A stretch of 64,000 bases of DNA from Bacillota bacterium. GTDB lineage: Bacteria > Bacillota > Bacilli > Calditerricolales > Calditerricolaceae. Position numbers and translations under genes: made by a program. Shown here one piece after another: positions 17,365 through 27,392 of the stretch (positions are counted from its first letter, which is position 1; each line of letters opens with the position of its first letter). The notes beneath the pieces were generated by a model. That model worked only from the letters and a program-made list of their open reading frames with translations, searched no databases and was not told the origin of the DNA. The stretch covers positions 839-64,838 of the forward strand of contig PKQU02000001.1 of the NCBI GenBank assembly GCA_017577925.2, written 5' to 3'.

Positions 17365-17630
17365 GGCCGTGCCTCGCTGTTTTTAGAATGCAGAAAAAAG
17401 CCCAACGTCATCATAGCGAAAAGTTGGACAGAAGAAAAGCCGACGGCACGAAGGGGTTCTGCATGTGGAGGAATCGCTTTGTAGACAACCCGTACGCGCA
17501 CATCGGTGGTGCGGCGACGGTGTGCAGACCCTCGACGAGGATGGGGCGGACACGGACGGCGGACGCCGGCGGTGACGGGCACGTCACCACCGGAGGAGAA
17601 AAACCTATACGATTCCATATACGAATCTGG

Positions 17631-17659
17631 TTGACATCCTATATGAGGACGTATATGAT
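17631..17659 (+). promoter_or_regulatory. Sigma-A type promoter; predicted leaderless transcript for the GntR gene
   Basis: TTGACA, 17 nt, TATGAT. Only 6 nt separate the -10 from the ATG at 17666, and no SD is present. Confidence 0.6.
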
Positions 17660-17665
17660 AAAGAC

Positions 17666-18355
17666 ATGAACGCCCAACACCCTCACCCGCACGGAAAACG
17701 CAGCAAAACCGATGCCGTATACGAAGCGTTGCGCCAGCGCATTCTGGAGCGCTCCTACGCGCCCGGTGAGCGGCTCGTCATCGACAAGATCGCCAAGGAG
17801 TTCGGTGTGAGTCCGATTCCCGTGCGCGAGGCGATCCGCCAGCTGGAGGCGGACGGCCTGATCCAGTACACGCCGAACGTCGGCGCCGTCGTGACGACGA
17901 TCCGCCAGCGGGAGTACATCGAGGCCCTCACGTTGCTCGCTGTGCTGGAAGGGTATGCCACGGCTTGCGGCGTCGGGCGGTTTGCGCCGGAGGATTTTGC
18001 TCAAATGGAAGCGCTCAACGCGGCGATGGAAGAGGCGCTGGAGGCCCACGAGTATGTCCGGTTTAGCCAGCTCAACCGCCAGTTCCACGCCCTGCTGTGC
18101 CGGCACTGCGACAACGAGACCCTCCTCGACCGGATCGCGCGCGAACAGCGGCGCATCGACGCGTTCCGTCCCGTTGGATTGCCCTTTGTGGCCGGCCGCG
18201 GCTTGCGCTCGGTGGAGGAGCACCGGGCCATCGTCCGCGCCCTGGCGGAGGGACGCGACGCCGTGACGGTGGAGATGCTGGTCCGGCAGCACAAGTTGAA
18301 CACCATCGAGGCCTTTCGCCGGTTGATGGAGCAGGCGGCGTTGGAACTGCGGTGA
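17666..18355 (+). CDS. GntR-family transcriptional regulator (FadR/FCD subfamily)
   Basis: N-terminal winged HTH (VYEALRQRILERSYAPGERLVIDKIAKEFGVSPIPVREAIRQLEADGLI) plus a helical FCD-like C-terminal domain. Confidence 0.9.
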   Translation: MNAQHPHPHGKRSKTDAVYEALRQRILERSYAPGERLVIDKIAKEFGVSPIPVREAIRQLEADGLIQYTPNVGAVVTTIRQREYIEALTLLAVLEGYATACGVGRFAPEDFAQMEALNAAMEEALEAHEYVRFSQLNRQFHALLCRHCDNETLLDRIAREQRRIDAFRPVGLPFVAGRGLRSVEEHRAIVRALAEGRDAVTVEMLVRQHKLNTIEAFRRLMEQAALELR

Positions 18356-18438
18356 GGGCTTTTCCTTTCCGTTAAATCGTAAGAACATTTGGTCAAGAGA
18401 GAAAAATACTTCGATATAGGCAGAGGGAGGCATGGTCT

Positions 18439-19335
18439 ATGCGTGTTGATGTCGAGCGCCTGCGCGGCTCCATCGTGCCGCTGGTGACACCCTTTGATGA
18501 ACAGGGCAACATCGACGAGCCGACGTTGCGCGACCTGATCGAGTGGCAGATCGAAAGCGGAAGCCACGGCATCTCCGTTTCGGGGACGACCGGCGAGCCT
18601 GGATCGCTGTCGGTAGAGGAGCGCGAGTATCTGATTGAGGTGGCGGTGAAGGCGGCGCGCGGCCGCGTGCCGGTGGTCGTCGGGACGGGCTCCACCAACC
18701 ACCAGGAGACCCTGCGCCTGACCCGTTTCGCCGAGAAGGTGGGCGCCGACGCTGCCCTCGTCATCGTTCCGTACTACATGCGGCCGAACCAGGAGGGACT
18801 GTACCGCCACTTTCGCGCCGTGGCCGAGGCGGTGTCGATTCCGATCATCATCTACAACATTCCCGGCCGCACGGCGGTCAACCTGAGCGTGTCGACGATG
18901 GCCCGCCTGCGACGGGAGTGCCCGAACATCATCGGGGTAAAGGAGGCGAACAAGGACTTCGAGCACGTCAATCTCGTGCTGCGCCACTGCGGTCGCGACT
19001 TCCTGCTCTACTCGGGCATCGAGATGCTCTGCTTCCCGATGCTGGCCATCGGCGGAGCGGGGTACATCAGCGCCACGGCCAACGTGTTGCCCAGGGAGTG
19101 TGCCGAACTGTACAACCTCGTGGCCCGCGGCGAGTGGAAAAAGGCACAGGACTTGCACTTCTACCTGCTCGATTTGAACGAGGCGCTTTTCTGGGAGACC
19201 AACCCGGGGCCGGTGAAAGCGGCGCTGGCGATGATGGGCAAGATCAAGCCGGTGATGCGCCTGCCGATGGCCCTGCCGAGCGAGGAGACGCAGCAGAGGT
19301 TGCGCGGCGTTCTGGAGCGATACGGAATCGTGTGA
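18439..19335 (+). CDS. DapA/NAL-family class I (Schiff-base) aldolase
   Basis: GTTGE motif, IVPYY, and catalytic Lys context IIGVKEA. 298 aa. RBS GAGGGAGG. Confidence 0.85.
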   Translation: MRVDVERLRGSIVPLVTPFDEQGNIDEPTLRDLIEWQIESGSHGISVSGTTGEPGSLSVEEREYLIEVAVKAARGRVPVVVGTGSTNHQETLRLTRFAEKVGADAALVIVPYYMRPNQEGLYRHFRAVAEAVSIPIIIYNIPGRTAVNLSVSTMARLRRECPNIIGVKEANKDFEHVNLVLRHCGRDFLLYSGIEMLCFPMLAIGGAGYISATANVLPRECAELYNLVARGEWKKAQDLHFYLLDLNEALFWETNPGPVKAALAMMGKIKPVMRLPMALPSEETQQRLRGVLERYGIV

Positions 19336-19392
19336 GGCGGCTATGGGCAGAGCGGCGACAAACGCACCACGCGAACGAAAGGGGCGAACGCA

Positions 19393-20160
19393 TTGAAGCT
19401 GGCGCGCTTTTACAAGGACGGGCGCATCCATGTGGCCGAGGTGACGGCGGGGGGCTTGCGCGACGAAGCCGGCGCCCTCCACGCTGAAGAGACGATCGAC
19501 ACGTTCCTGCCGCCCGTTGTTCCGGGGAAGATCGTCGGCCTGGCCCTCAATTACGCCGATCATGCCGCGGAGCTGGGCCTGGCTTTTCCCCAGGAACCGG
19601 TCCTCTTCCTCAAGCCGGCAAGCAGCCTGATCGGCCACAAGGCGCCGGTGGTGTACCCCGACGGGGCCACCTACATGCACTACGAGAACGAGCTGGCTGT
19701 CGTGATTGGCCGCACCGGGCGGAAGATCCGGCGCGCCGAGGCCTTTGACTACGTTCTGGGCTACACCATCGCCAACGACGTGACGGTGCGCGACTTCGTC
19801 AACAACTTCTACCGTCCGCCGGTGCGGGCCAAGGGGCATGACACCTTCGGGCCCCTCGGGCCGTACCTCGTGACGAAGGACGAAATTGACGACCCCCACG
19901 CGCTCGCTGTGCGCACCTACGTCAACGGCGAGCTGCGGCAGGAAGGGAATACGCGGGATTTTCTGTTCAAAATAGACGAAATCATTGAATTTGTCAGTTC
20001 ATTCATGACCCTCGAGCCGTACGACGTCATCCTTACCGGGACGCCGAAGGGCATCTCGCCAGTGGGGCCGGGCGACATCATGCGCCTGGAGATCGAAGGC
20101 CTGGGCGTCCTGGAAAACCCCATTGTCGATGGGCGAACGCAAGGAGGTCCTGACCGATGA
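19393..20160 (+). CDS. Fumarylacetoacetate hydrolase (FAH) family enzyme, HpaG-type isomerase/decarboxylase or hydratase
   Basis: 255 aa. ENELAVVIGR...GYTIANDVTVRD...KGHDTFGPLGP...TGTPKG is typical FAH fold. TTG start after GAAAGGGG. Confidence 0.85.
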   Translation: MKLARFYKDGRIHVAEVTAGGLRDEAGALHAEETIDTFLPPVVPGKIVGLALNYADHAAELGLAFPQEPVLFLKPASSLIGHKAPVVYPDGATYMHYENELAVVIGRTGRKIRRAEAFDYVLGYTIANDVTVRDFVNNFYRPPVRAKGHDTFGPLGPYLVTKDEIDDPHALAVRTYVNGELRQEGNTRDFLFKIDEIIEFVSSFMTLEPYDVILTGTPKGISPVGPGDIMRLEIEGLGVLENPIVDGRTQGGPDR

Positions 20161-21653
20161 GCGCAAACGGACGGGTAGAAGCGAAACCGGCGCTGCACTA
20201 CATCGACGGCCGGTTTTGTGAAGGGGCGGAAGGGCGGCGTTTTGCCAACCTCAGCCCCTTTACCGGCGACGTGCTGAACGAGGTGGCCGAGGGAACGGCC
20301 GAGGACATCGACCGCGCGGTGCGGGCGGCGCGACGGGCCTTTGACGAGGGGCCATGGCGGACCTTCACGGTGGAGGAACGGCTCTCCTACGTCGAGCGGA
20401 TCGCCGACGGCATTGCCTCGCGCGCCGAGGAGCTGGCCCGCCTGGAGTCCCTCGACACCGGGCTGCCCATCAGCCAGACGAAAAAGCAGGCCGCCCGCGC
20501 GGCGGACAACTTTCGCTTCTTTGCCGAGATGGTGCGCACGTCTCTCACCGGTGAGGCGTATCCCTTCCAAAACCGGTTTCTCAATTACACCGTGCGTCGC
20601 CCTGTCGGCGTGGCTGGCCTCATCACGCCGTGGAACGCGCCGCTCATGCTGGCGACGTGGAAGATCGCCCCGGCCCTGGCCTGCGGCAACACCGTGGTGC
20701 TGAAGCCGGCGGAATGGTCGCCCCTGACGGCGGTGAAGCTGGCCGAGATCATCGACGAGGCCGGGCTGCCGCCCGGGGTGTTCAACCTCGTGCACGGTTT
20801 TGGCGAGACGGCCGGCGCGGCGCTCGTGGCCCACCCGGGTGTTCAGCTCATTTCCTTCACCGGCGAGACGACGACGGGCAAGACGATCATGCAGAACGGG
20901 GCGGCGACGCTGAAACGCGTGTCCATGGAACTCGGCGGCAAATCGCCGGTCCTGCTGTTTGCCGACGCTGACGTTGAGCGCGCCCTGGACGCCACAGTGT
21001 TCGGCATCTTCTCCTTCAACGGCGAGCGCTGCACGGCGGGGTCCCGGCTTCTTGTCGAAAAGCCTTTGTATGAGGAGGTGGTGGCGCGGCTGAAGGAGCG
21101 CGTGGGACGCATCCGTTTAGGCGATCCTCTCGATCCCCGCACCGAGGTCGGGCCGCTGATCCACCCGGATCATCGTAAGCGTGTGCTCGGGTACATCCGC
21201 CTGGCGAAGGAGGAGGGGGCCGAGGTTGTCTCTGGTGCCGTGCCCGACCACCTCTCCGGCGGAAATTTTGTGGCCCCGACGCTGCTGCTCCGCGTGACAC
21301 CCCACATGCGCGCATGGCAGGAGGAGATCTTTGGCCCCGTCTTGGCGGTGATGCCTTTTGCCGATGAGGAGGAGGCGATTCGCCTTGCCAACGGTGTGCG
21401 CTACGGGCTGGCCGCCTACGTGTGGACGAACGACCTGGCGCGAGCCCACCGCGTGTCGCAGGCCCTGGAAGCGGGGATGGTGTGGGTCAATTCCCATAAC
21501 GTGCGCGACCTGCGCATTCCCTTCGGCGGGATGAAGGAAAGCGGCATCGGACGCGAGGGTGGCCATTACAGTTTTGAGTTTTACACCGAGACCCAGGTCA
21601 TCCATGTTGCCTACGGGCACCATCCCATTCCCACGTTTGGGAAGAGCGAGTGA
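20157..21653 (+). CDS. hpaE: NAD-dependent aldehyde dehydrogenase, probably 5-carboxymethyl-2-hydroxymuconate semialdehyde dehydrogenase
   Basis: 498 aa ALDH (FTGETTTGK, ELGGKSP, catalytic FNGERCTAGSR). Context beside hpaB/hpaD. ATGA overlap with the upstream gene. Confidence 0.8.
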   Translation: MSANGRVEAKPALHYIDGRFCEGAEGRRFANLSPFTGDVLNEVAEGTAEDIDRAVRAARRAFDEGPWRTFTVEERLSYVERIADGIASRAEELARLESLDTGLPISQTKKQAARAADNFRFFAEMVRTSLTGEAYPFQNRFLNYTVRRPVGVAGLITPWNAPLMLATWKIAPALACGNTVVLKPAEWSPLTAVKLAEIIDEAGLPPGVFNLVHGFGETAGAALVAHPGVQLISFTGETTTGKTIMQNGAATLKRVSMELGGKSPVLLFADADVERALDATVFGIFSFNGERCTAGSRLLVEKPLYEEVVARLKERVGRIRLGDPLDPRTEVGPLIHPDHRKRVLGYIRLAKEEGAEVVSGAVPDHLSGGNFVAPTLLLRVTPHMRAWQEEIFGPVLAVMPFADEEEAIRLANGVRYGLAAYVWTNDLARAHRVSQALEAGMVWVNSHNVRDLRIPFGGMKESGIGREGGHYSFEFYTETQVIHVAYGHHPIPTFGKSE

Positions 21654-21667
21654 ACGGAGGGATGAGC

Positions 21668-23143
21668 ATGGCCATTCGCACGGGTGCGCAGTACATTGCG
21701 GCGATCGACCGGATGAAGGTGGACATCTGGGTCGAAGGGAAGCGGGTGGAGGGAAAGATCTCCGAACACCCGGCCTTCCGCAACGTCATCCGCACGCAGG
21801 CCAAGCTGTACGATATGCAGCATGACCCGGACAAACCGTACATGACATACCGGTCGCCGAAGAGCGGCGAACGCGTAAGCGCTTCCTTCCTGGCCCCGAA
21901 AACGAAAGAAGACCTCGAACAGCGGCGGCGCCTAACGTACGAGTGGGCCAAGTACACCTGCGGCATGATGGGGCGCACCCCCGACTACCTCAACGCCGCG
22001 CTGATGGCCTTTGCGTCGGCGGCCGACTACTTCGGCCAGAAGGAGCGCCGCTTTGCCGACAACGTCCGCACCTACTACGAGTACTGCCGCGAAAATGACC
22101 TCTGCCTGACCCACACCCTGATCCACCCGCAGGTGAATCGATCCAAAGGCGCCGCGCAGCAGGCCGATCCGTACATCGCCGCGCGCATCGTGAAGAAAAC
22201 CGCCGACGGCATCGTCATCCGCGGCGCGCGCCTCCTCGCCACCCAGGCGGGGATTACTGATGAGATTCTCGTCTTCCCCTCAACCCTCCTCAAGTCATCG
22301 GAAGAAGACCGGCCCTACGTCTTTGCCTTTGCCATTCCCAACGACACTCCCGGCCTGAAGTTCCTGTGCCGGGAGAGCCTCGATTACGGGAAGAGCCCCT
22401 TCGACCATCCCCTCGGCTCGCGGTTTGAAGAGATGGACGCCGTCGTCGTTTTTGAGGATGTTCTTGTGCCGTGGGAGCGCGTCTTCGCCCTCGAGGACAT
22501 TGAGGTGTGCAACCACGCCTACCGCGAGACGAATGCCGTGGTGCACATGACGCACCAGGTGGTCACCAAGAACGTGGCGAAGACGGAGTTTCTCCTCGGC
22601 GTGCTCACGCACATGGCGGAGACGATCGCCGTCGATCGGTATTCGCACGTTCGCGAGCGGATCGCCGAGGTGATCATCGCCCTTGAGACGCTGAAGGCCT
22701 TCCTCGTGGCCAGCGAGGCCGAGGCCAAGGTGGACCGCTGGGGGAACCTGACGCCCAACTTTGCCCCGCTGAACGCCGCGCGCAACTGGTACCCGCGTCT
22801 CTACGGGCGGCTGATGGAAACCTTCCACCAGCTTGGGGCCAGCGGGCTGATCGCCATTCCCACCGAGGCCGACTTCCGGAACCCGCAGGTACGGCCCCAC
22901 CTTGACAAGTACCTGCAGGGTGCCAACGCCGATGCCTACGAGCGCGTGCAGCTGTTCCGCCTGGCGTGGGACATCTGCATGAGCGGCTTCGGCATGCGCC
23001 AGGTGCTGTATGAGCGGTTCTTCTTCGGTGACCCCGTGCGCATGGCGGAAGCGCTCTACCTCGGCTACGACAAGCAGGTGTACGTTGACCGGGTGAAGGA
23101 GTTCCTGGCCCGCCTGCGCGAGGACGAGGAGGTGCGCGCCTGA
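21668..23143 (+). CDS. hpaB: 4-hydroxyphenylacetate 3-monooxygenase, oxygenase component
   Basis: 491 aa. Near-collinear with the Thermus HpaB sequence as I remember it (TGAQYI...MMGRTPDYLNA...HPQVNRSK...SPFDHPLGSRFEEMD...LYERFFFGDPVRM). Confidence 0.92.
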   Translation: MAIRTGAQYIAAIDRMKVDIWVEGKRVEGKISEHPAFRNVIRTQAKLYDMQHDPDKPYMTYRSPKSGERVSASFLAPKTKEDLEQRRRLTYEWAKYTCGMMGRTPDYLNAALMAFASAADYFGQKERRFADNVRTYYEYCRENDLCLTHTLIHPQVNRSKGAAQQADPYIAARIVKKTADGIVIRGARLLATQAGITDEILVFPSTLLKSSEEDRPYVFAFAIPNDTPGLKFLCRESLDYGKSPFDHPLGSRFEEMDAVVVFEDVLVPWERVFALEDIEVCNHAYRETNAVVHMTHQVVTKNVAKTEFLLGVLTHMAETIAVDRYSHVRERIAEVIIALETLKAFLVASEAEAKVDRWGNLTPNFAPLNAARNWYPRLYGRLMETFHQLGASGLIAIPTEADFRNPQVRPHLDKYLQGANADAYERVQLFRLAWDICMSGFGMRQVLYERFFFGDPVRMAEALYLGYDKQVYVDRVKEFLARLREDEEVRA

Positions 23144-23213
23144 ACGGCGGACGCGCGGCAAAAGTTTATGGAATAGAATGAAAAATTCATGTATTCAGGG
23201 GAGGGACCGGGCC

Positions 23214-24206
23214 ATGGTGAACATCGTCCGTCTGCATCACGTGGAGCTGTGCGTCACCGATCTGGAGCGGTCCAAGGCGTTCTACGTCGACCTGCTCGGG
23301 TTGTACGTGACGGAAGAAACGAAGAACCAGGTGTTCCTGCGGGCCATCGAAGACGCCAACCACCACTGTCTTGTGCTGACCCAGTCCGATACCCCCAGCG
23401 TGGGCCACATCGCGTACCGCGTGGCGCGGGAGGAGGACCTCGACGCGCTGGCCCAAACCTTTGCCGCACAGGGACTGCCCATGCGATGGGTGGCTTCCGG
23501 CGAGGAGCGCGGCCAGGGGCGGGCCCTGCGCGTGCAGGACCCGGTCGGCCTACCGGTGGAGTTTTTCTGCGCCATGGACAAAGCGGAGCGGATGCTGCAG
23601 AAATTCCATCTCCACCGTGGGGCGCGACTGCAGCGCATCGACCATATCCACTGCTTCGTGTCCGATTTGTCCAAGGCCTATGACTGGTACACCAAGACCC
23701 TCGGCTTCCGCTGTTCCGAGGCGACGGTGACACCGGACGATCCGCCGAAACTGTGGGCGGCGTGGCTGTTTCGCAAGCCCAACGTCCACGATGTGGCCCT
23801 GACGCACCGCGACGGGCCGCGTTTCCACCACGTTGCCTTCTGGGTGCCCGATCCCAAGGTGATCCTTGATTTTTGCGACATCCTTGGCGCCACCGGCCAC
23901 GCTTCGCGCATTGAACGGTACCCCGGCCGGCATGGCCTGTCCAATGCCTTTTTCCTGTACCTGCGGGATCCGGACGGCATCCGCGTCGAGCTGTACACCG
24001 GCGACTACTTCACCGGCGACCCCGACTGGGAGCCGGTGGTGTGGCGGAGCGATGACCCGCAGCGGGCCACGTTCTGGGGCGTCGCGTCGCCGCGGAGCTG
24101 GTTTGAGGAACTCGTGCCGGTCCGCCACGTGGTGACCGGCGAGCGGGTGGCCGTTCAGCCGAAACGGGAAGAAGGGGTGGCGCCATGGGCCGCTTACGCG
24201 CGCTGA
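23214..24206 (+). CDS. hpaD: Extradiol dioxygenase, homoprotocatechuate (3,4-dihydroxyphenylacetate) 2,3-dioxygenase type
   Basis: Two VOC modules. RIDHIHCFV, FHHVAFWV and ERYPGRHGLSNAFFLYLRDPDGIRVELY resemble HPCD/MndD. Confidence 0.85.
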   Translation: MVNIVRLHHVELCVTDLERSKAFYVDLLGLYVTEETKNQVFLRAIEDANHHCLVLTQSDTPSVGHIAYRVAREEDLDALAQTFAAQGLPMRWVASGEERGQGRALRVQDPVGLPVEFFCAMDKAERMLQKFHLHRGARLQRIDHIHCFVSDLSKAYDWYTKTLGFRCSEATVTPDDPPKLWAAWLFRKPNVHDVALTHRDGPRFHHVAFWVPDPKVILDFCDILGATGHASRIERYPGRHGLSNAFFLYLRDPDGIRVELYTGDYFTGDPDWEPVVWRSDDPQRATFWGVASPRSWFEELVPVRHVVTGERVAVQPKREEGVAPWAAYAR

Positions 24207-25420
24207 TGTCCATCGGTTTGTGGCCCCTCCTGCTCGCGGTTCTGGTTGCCGGGTGCGCGGCACCGGCGACGAACACGGGCGGCAGTTCCGGTGGGGAGAC
24301 GGGCGGCCCGGAGCCGGCGCAGGGTCCGCCGTCCGGTCCGGCGTCGGGGTCCATTCCCGTCGGCGTCATCGTGTCGGTGACGGGGGCAGCGTCAACGCTG
24401 GGCAAGCCGGAGCGGGACACGCTTCTCATGGTGGCCGAGGAGATCAACGCTGCCGGCGGCATCGGCGGAAAGAAGCTGGAGCTCTTCGTGTACGATGACG
24501 AGTCGGATCCGACCAAGGCGGTGCTGGCGCTCAAGAAACTGCTCAATGAACACAAGGTGGTCACCGTCATCGGCGGGACCACGAGCACCAGCAGCCTGGC
24601 GATGATTCCCGAGATCGAGCGGGCGCAAGTTCCCTTCCTTTCCCTCGCGTCGGATATGCGCATTGCCACGCCGGTGAAGAAGTGGGTTTTCAAGGTGGCG
24701 CAGGGGGACGACCTTGTCGTGCCCAAGCTGCTCGCGTACCTGCAAAAACGGGGGATCCGCAATGTGGCGTGGATGAACTCGGCCAACGATTATGGGGAGG
24801 GCGGAAAGCGCGAATTTGAGGCCCAGGCGAAGCGGTACGGGATCACGGCGGTGGGGTTTGCCACCTTCAAGGCCGACGACAAGAGCATGGTTCCGCAGCT
24901 GACCAACCTGCGGGCGAAAAGACCGGAAGCCCTCCTCGTGTACACCACTGTGCCTTCGGGGGCCATCGTGGCACAAAACGCGCGCCAGCTTGGCTATGAC
25001 ATCCCCATCCTCCAGTCCAACGGCATTGCCAACAAGGCCTTCATCGAGCAGGCCAAGGAGGCGGCGGAAGGGGTCATCTTCACTGCCGGCAAGCTCCTCG
25101 TCGCCGACCAGCTCCCCGACAGCGATCCGCAGAAGCCGATTCTCTTGGCCTACCGCCAGGCCTTTGAGGCCAAGTACAACGATCCCGCCAACACCTTTGG
25201 TGGTCACGCATGGGACGCCATCCAGATGCTCGTTGCCGCCCTCAAGGCCGGGGCGACGGAGCCGGCGGCGATCCGCGACTACCTTGAGCGGAATATTCAG
25301 CAGTTTGTCGGCGTGACCGGTGTGTTCACGTTCACGCCGGAGGACCACAACGGGCTGAAGGAAGACGCCCTGGTGCTCATCGAGGTCCGCAACGGTGCAT
25401 GGAAGTTGTTGGAACCCTAA
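24185..25420 (+). CDS. ABC transporter substrate-binding lipoprotein, Liv (branched-chain amino acid/aromatic acid) type
   Basis: Signal peptide with lipobox LVAGC. Periplasmic-binding type 6 pattern (VGVIVSVTGAAS...GKK.E....DD.SDP..A). Confidence 0.88.
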   Translation: MGRLRALMSIGLWPLLLAVLVAGCAAPATNTGGSSGGETGGPEPAQGPPSGPASGSIPVGVIVSVTGAASTLGKPERDTLLMVAEEINAAGGIGGKKLELFVYDDESDPTKAVLALKKLLNEHKVVTVIGGTTSTSSLAMIPEIERAQVPFLSLASDMRIATPVKKWVFKVAQGDDLVVPKLLAYLQKRGIRNVAWMNSANDYGEGGKREFEAQAKRYGITAVGFATFKADDKSMVPQLTNLRAKRPEALLVYTTVPSGAIVAQNARQLGYDIPILQSNGIANKAFIEQAKEAAEGVIFTAGKLLVADQLPDSDPQKPILLAYRQAFEAKYNDPANTFGGHAWDAIQMLVAALKAGATEPAAIRDYLERNIQQFVGVTGVFTFTPEDHNGLKEDALVLIEVRNGAWKLLEP

Positions 25421-25488
25421 GCAGGGCGGCGAGCCTCCTGTGTGGCTCGTCGGCGTTTCGGCATGATGCGCTGAAAGGGGGGAAGGCG

Positions 25489-26370
25489 GTGGATGCGGGC
25501 ACGATGGTGCTGCAGCTGATGTTATCCGGCTTGACCGTGGGAGCGATTTACGCGCTGGTTGCCGTCGGGTTTGTACTCATCTACAACGTAACCGGCGTCC
25601 TCAACTTCGCCCAAGGCGAGTTTGCCGCCGTGGGCGCCCTTACCGGGGCGTGGCTGTCGATGCGGGGACTGCCCCTGTGGGTGTGCGTGGTGCTGGCTGT
25701 GCTCGTGGCGGCCGCCGTGGCGGCGGGGGTGGAGCGGGCGGTGGTGCATCCCGCCCGCCAGAGCCGGCCGATGACGGTGATCATGCTGACGATCGGGGCG
25801 GGGATGGCGTTGCGTGGCGCGGCGCTGCTGGTCTTCGGCACCGATCCTCTCGCCATGCCTATGTTCACCGAAGGGGAGCCGATCTCCATCGGCGGGGCGA
25901 CGATCCTGTGGCAGACTGTATGGGCGCTGGTGCTCTGCTTGCTCTTTTTTGCTGCCCTGGTTTTCTTCTTCGAGAAGACCTACACGGGGAAGGCCGTGCG
26001 GGCCAACGTCATGAACCGTTTCGCCGCGCGCCTGTACGGCATCCGCCCGACCACGCTGTCCTTCTGGGTCTTTGTCGTCGGCGGGGCCGTCAGCGGTCTG
26101 GCCGGCGTGGTGGTCGCGCCGATCACCGGGGCCACCTATGACATGGGGTTGATGTTGAGCATGAAAGGATTTGTCGCCGCGGTGATCGGCGGGCTGAACA
26201 ACGCCGCGGCGGCCGTTGTTGGGGCCGTGTTGCTCGGCGTCGTTGAGTCACTGGCCACGGGGTTGTTGTCGTCCGGATACGGCGACGTGATCAGCTTTGC
26301 GCTTCTCCTTGCCATGCTGCTGGTACGGCCATCGGGCTTGTGGAGCCGGGCCGAGGGCAAGCGGGTGTGA
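25489..26370 (+). CDS. Liv-type ABC transporter permease (LivH-like)
   Basis: LSGLTVGAIYALVAVGFVLIYNVTGVLNFAQGEF is the canonical LivH N-terminus. GTG start 6 nt after AGGGGGG (ATG at 25504 is the alternative). Confidence 0.88.
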   Translation: MDAGTMVLQLMLSGLTVGAIYALVAVGFVLIYNVTGVLNFAQGEFAAVGALTGAWLSMRGLPLWVCVVLAVLVAAAVAAGVERAVVHPARQSRPMTVIMLTIGAGMALRGAALLVFGTDPLAMPMFTEGEPISIGGATILWQTVWALVLCLLFFAALVFFFEKTYTGKAVRANVMNRFAARLYGIRPTTLSFWVFVVGGAVSGLAGVVVAPITGATYDMGLMLSMKGFVAAVIGGLNNAAAAVVGAVLLGVVESLATGLLSSGYGDVISFALLLAMLLVRPSGLWSRAEGKRV

Positions 26371-26396
26371 GCCTCGATAGCGGAAAGGGGGCAACA

Positions 26397-27392
26397 ATGG
26401 CCGTGCGTGTGAAAACCCGCCGGTACATAGGGATGATCGCCGTTTCCGTCGCGGCTTTGGCGCTCCTGGCGTGGGGGGCAAGCCCCTACTGGCTCAGCGT
26501 GCTCAACGTGATCGGCCTGTACACCGTGGTGGCCGTCGGCTTGTCCCTTTTGATGGGGTACGCCGGCCAGGTGTCGCTGGGCCACGCCGGGTTTTACGGC
26601 ATGGGCGCCTATGTGGCGGCGGTGTTGTCAACCCGGTTGGGATGGAACGGGTGGCTGACGCTGCCGGCGGCCGTATTGCTGACGATGGCTGTGGCCTGGG
26701 TGGTGGGGCGGCCGGCAGTGCGTCTGCGCGAACACTACCTGGCCATGGCCACGCTGGGGCTGGGGATGGTGTTTCATATTGTCATGGTGGAATGGGAGGC
26801 GGTGACCGGCGGCTCGTCGGGGATTGTCGGCATTCCGGCGCTGGCCGTCGGTCCGTGGACCGTCGAGGGGGAACGGGCATGGCTGATCCTCACGTGGGGC
26901 GCGGCGGCGATGGCGCTGGCCATGGCTTACAGCCTGGTGACGTCCCCGATTGGCCGCGCGCTGCGGGCCATTGCCGGAAGCGAAGCGGCGGCGGAAGCGC
27001 TCGGCATTCCCGCGTCACGCTACAAGCTGGCCGTCTTTGTGCTCAGCGCCGGTTTCGCCGGGCTGGCCGGGGCGCTGTATGCCTTTTACGTCACGTTTGT
27101 TAGCCCGTCGTCCTTCGGCGTAATGATGTCGATCCAGTTCGTGATGATGGTCGTTGTCGGCGGGGGGCACCGCCTGTGGGGAGCGCCGGCCGGGGCGGCG
27201 ACCCTTGTGCTGCTCGGTGAAGGGGTGAAGGCGTACCTGCCGGCGCTGCTGCCCGGCGCGGGCGGGGAGGTGCAGCTTGTTTTCTACGGGCTTCTCCTGA
27301 TTGCAATCCTGCTGCTGAAACCCGACGGCGTCCTCACCGGGTGGGCAACGTGGCGGCGCAAAAGGAGCGGGGAGCATGCCCGGGCTGCTTGA
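26397..27392 (+). CDS. Liv-type ABC transporter permease (LivM-like)
   Basis: GLSLLMGYAGQVSLGHAGFYGMGAY motif. ATG 5 nt after AAAGGGGG. Confidence 0.88.
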   Translation: MAVRVKTRRYIGMIAVSVAALALLAWGASPYWLSVLNVIGLYTVVAVGLSLLMGYAGQVSLGHAGFYGMGAYVAAVLSTRLGWNGWLTLPAAVLLTMAVAWVVGRPAVRLREHYLAMATLGLGMVFHIVMVEWEAVTGGSSGIVGIPALAVGPWTVEGERAWLILTWGAAAMALAMAYSLVTSPIGRALRAIAGSEAAAEALGIPASRYKLAVFVLSAGFAGLAGALYAFYVTFVSPSSFGVMMSIQFVMMVVVGGGHRLWGAPAGAATLVLLGEGVKAYLPALLPGAGGEVQLVFYGLLLIAILLLKPDGVLTGWATWRRKRSGEHARAA

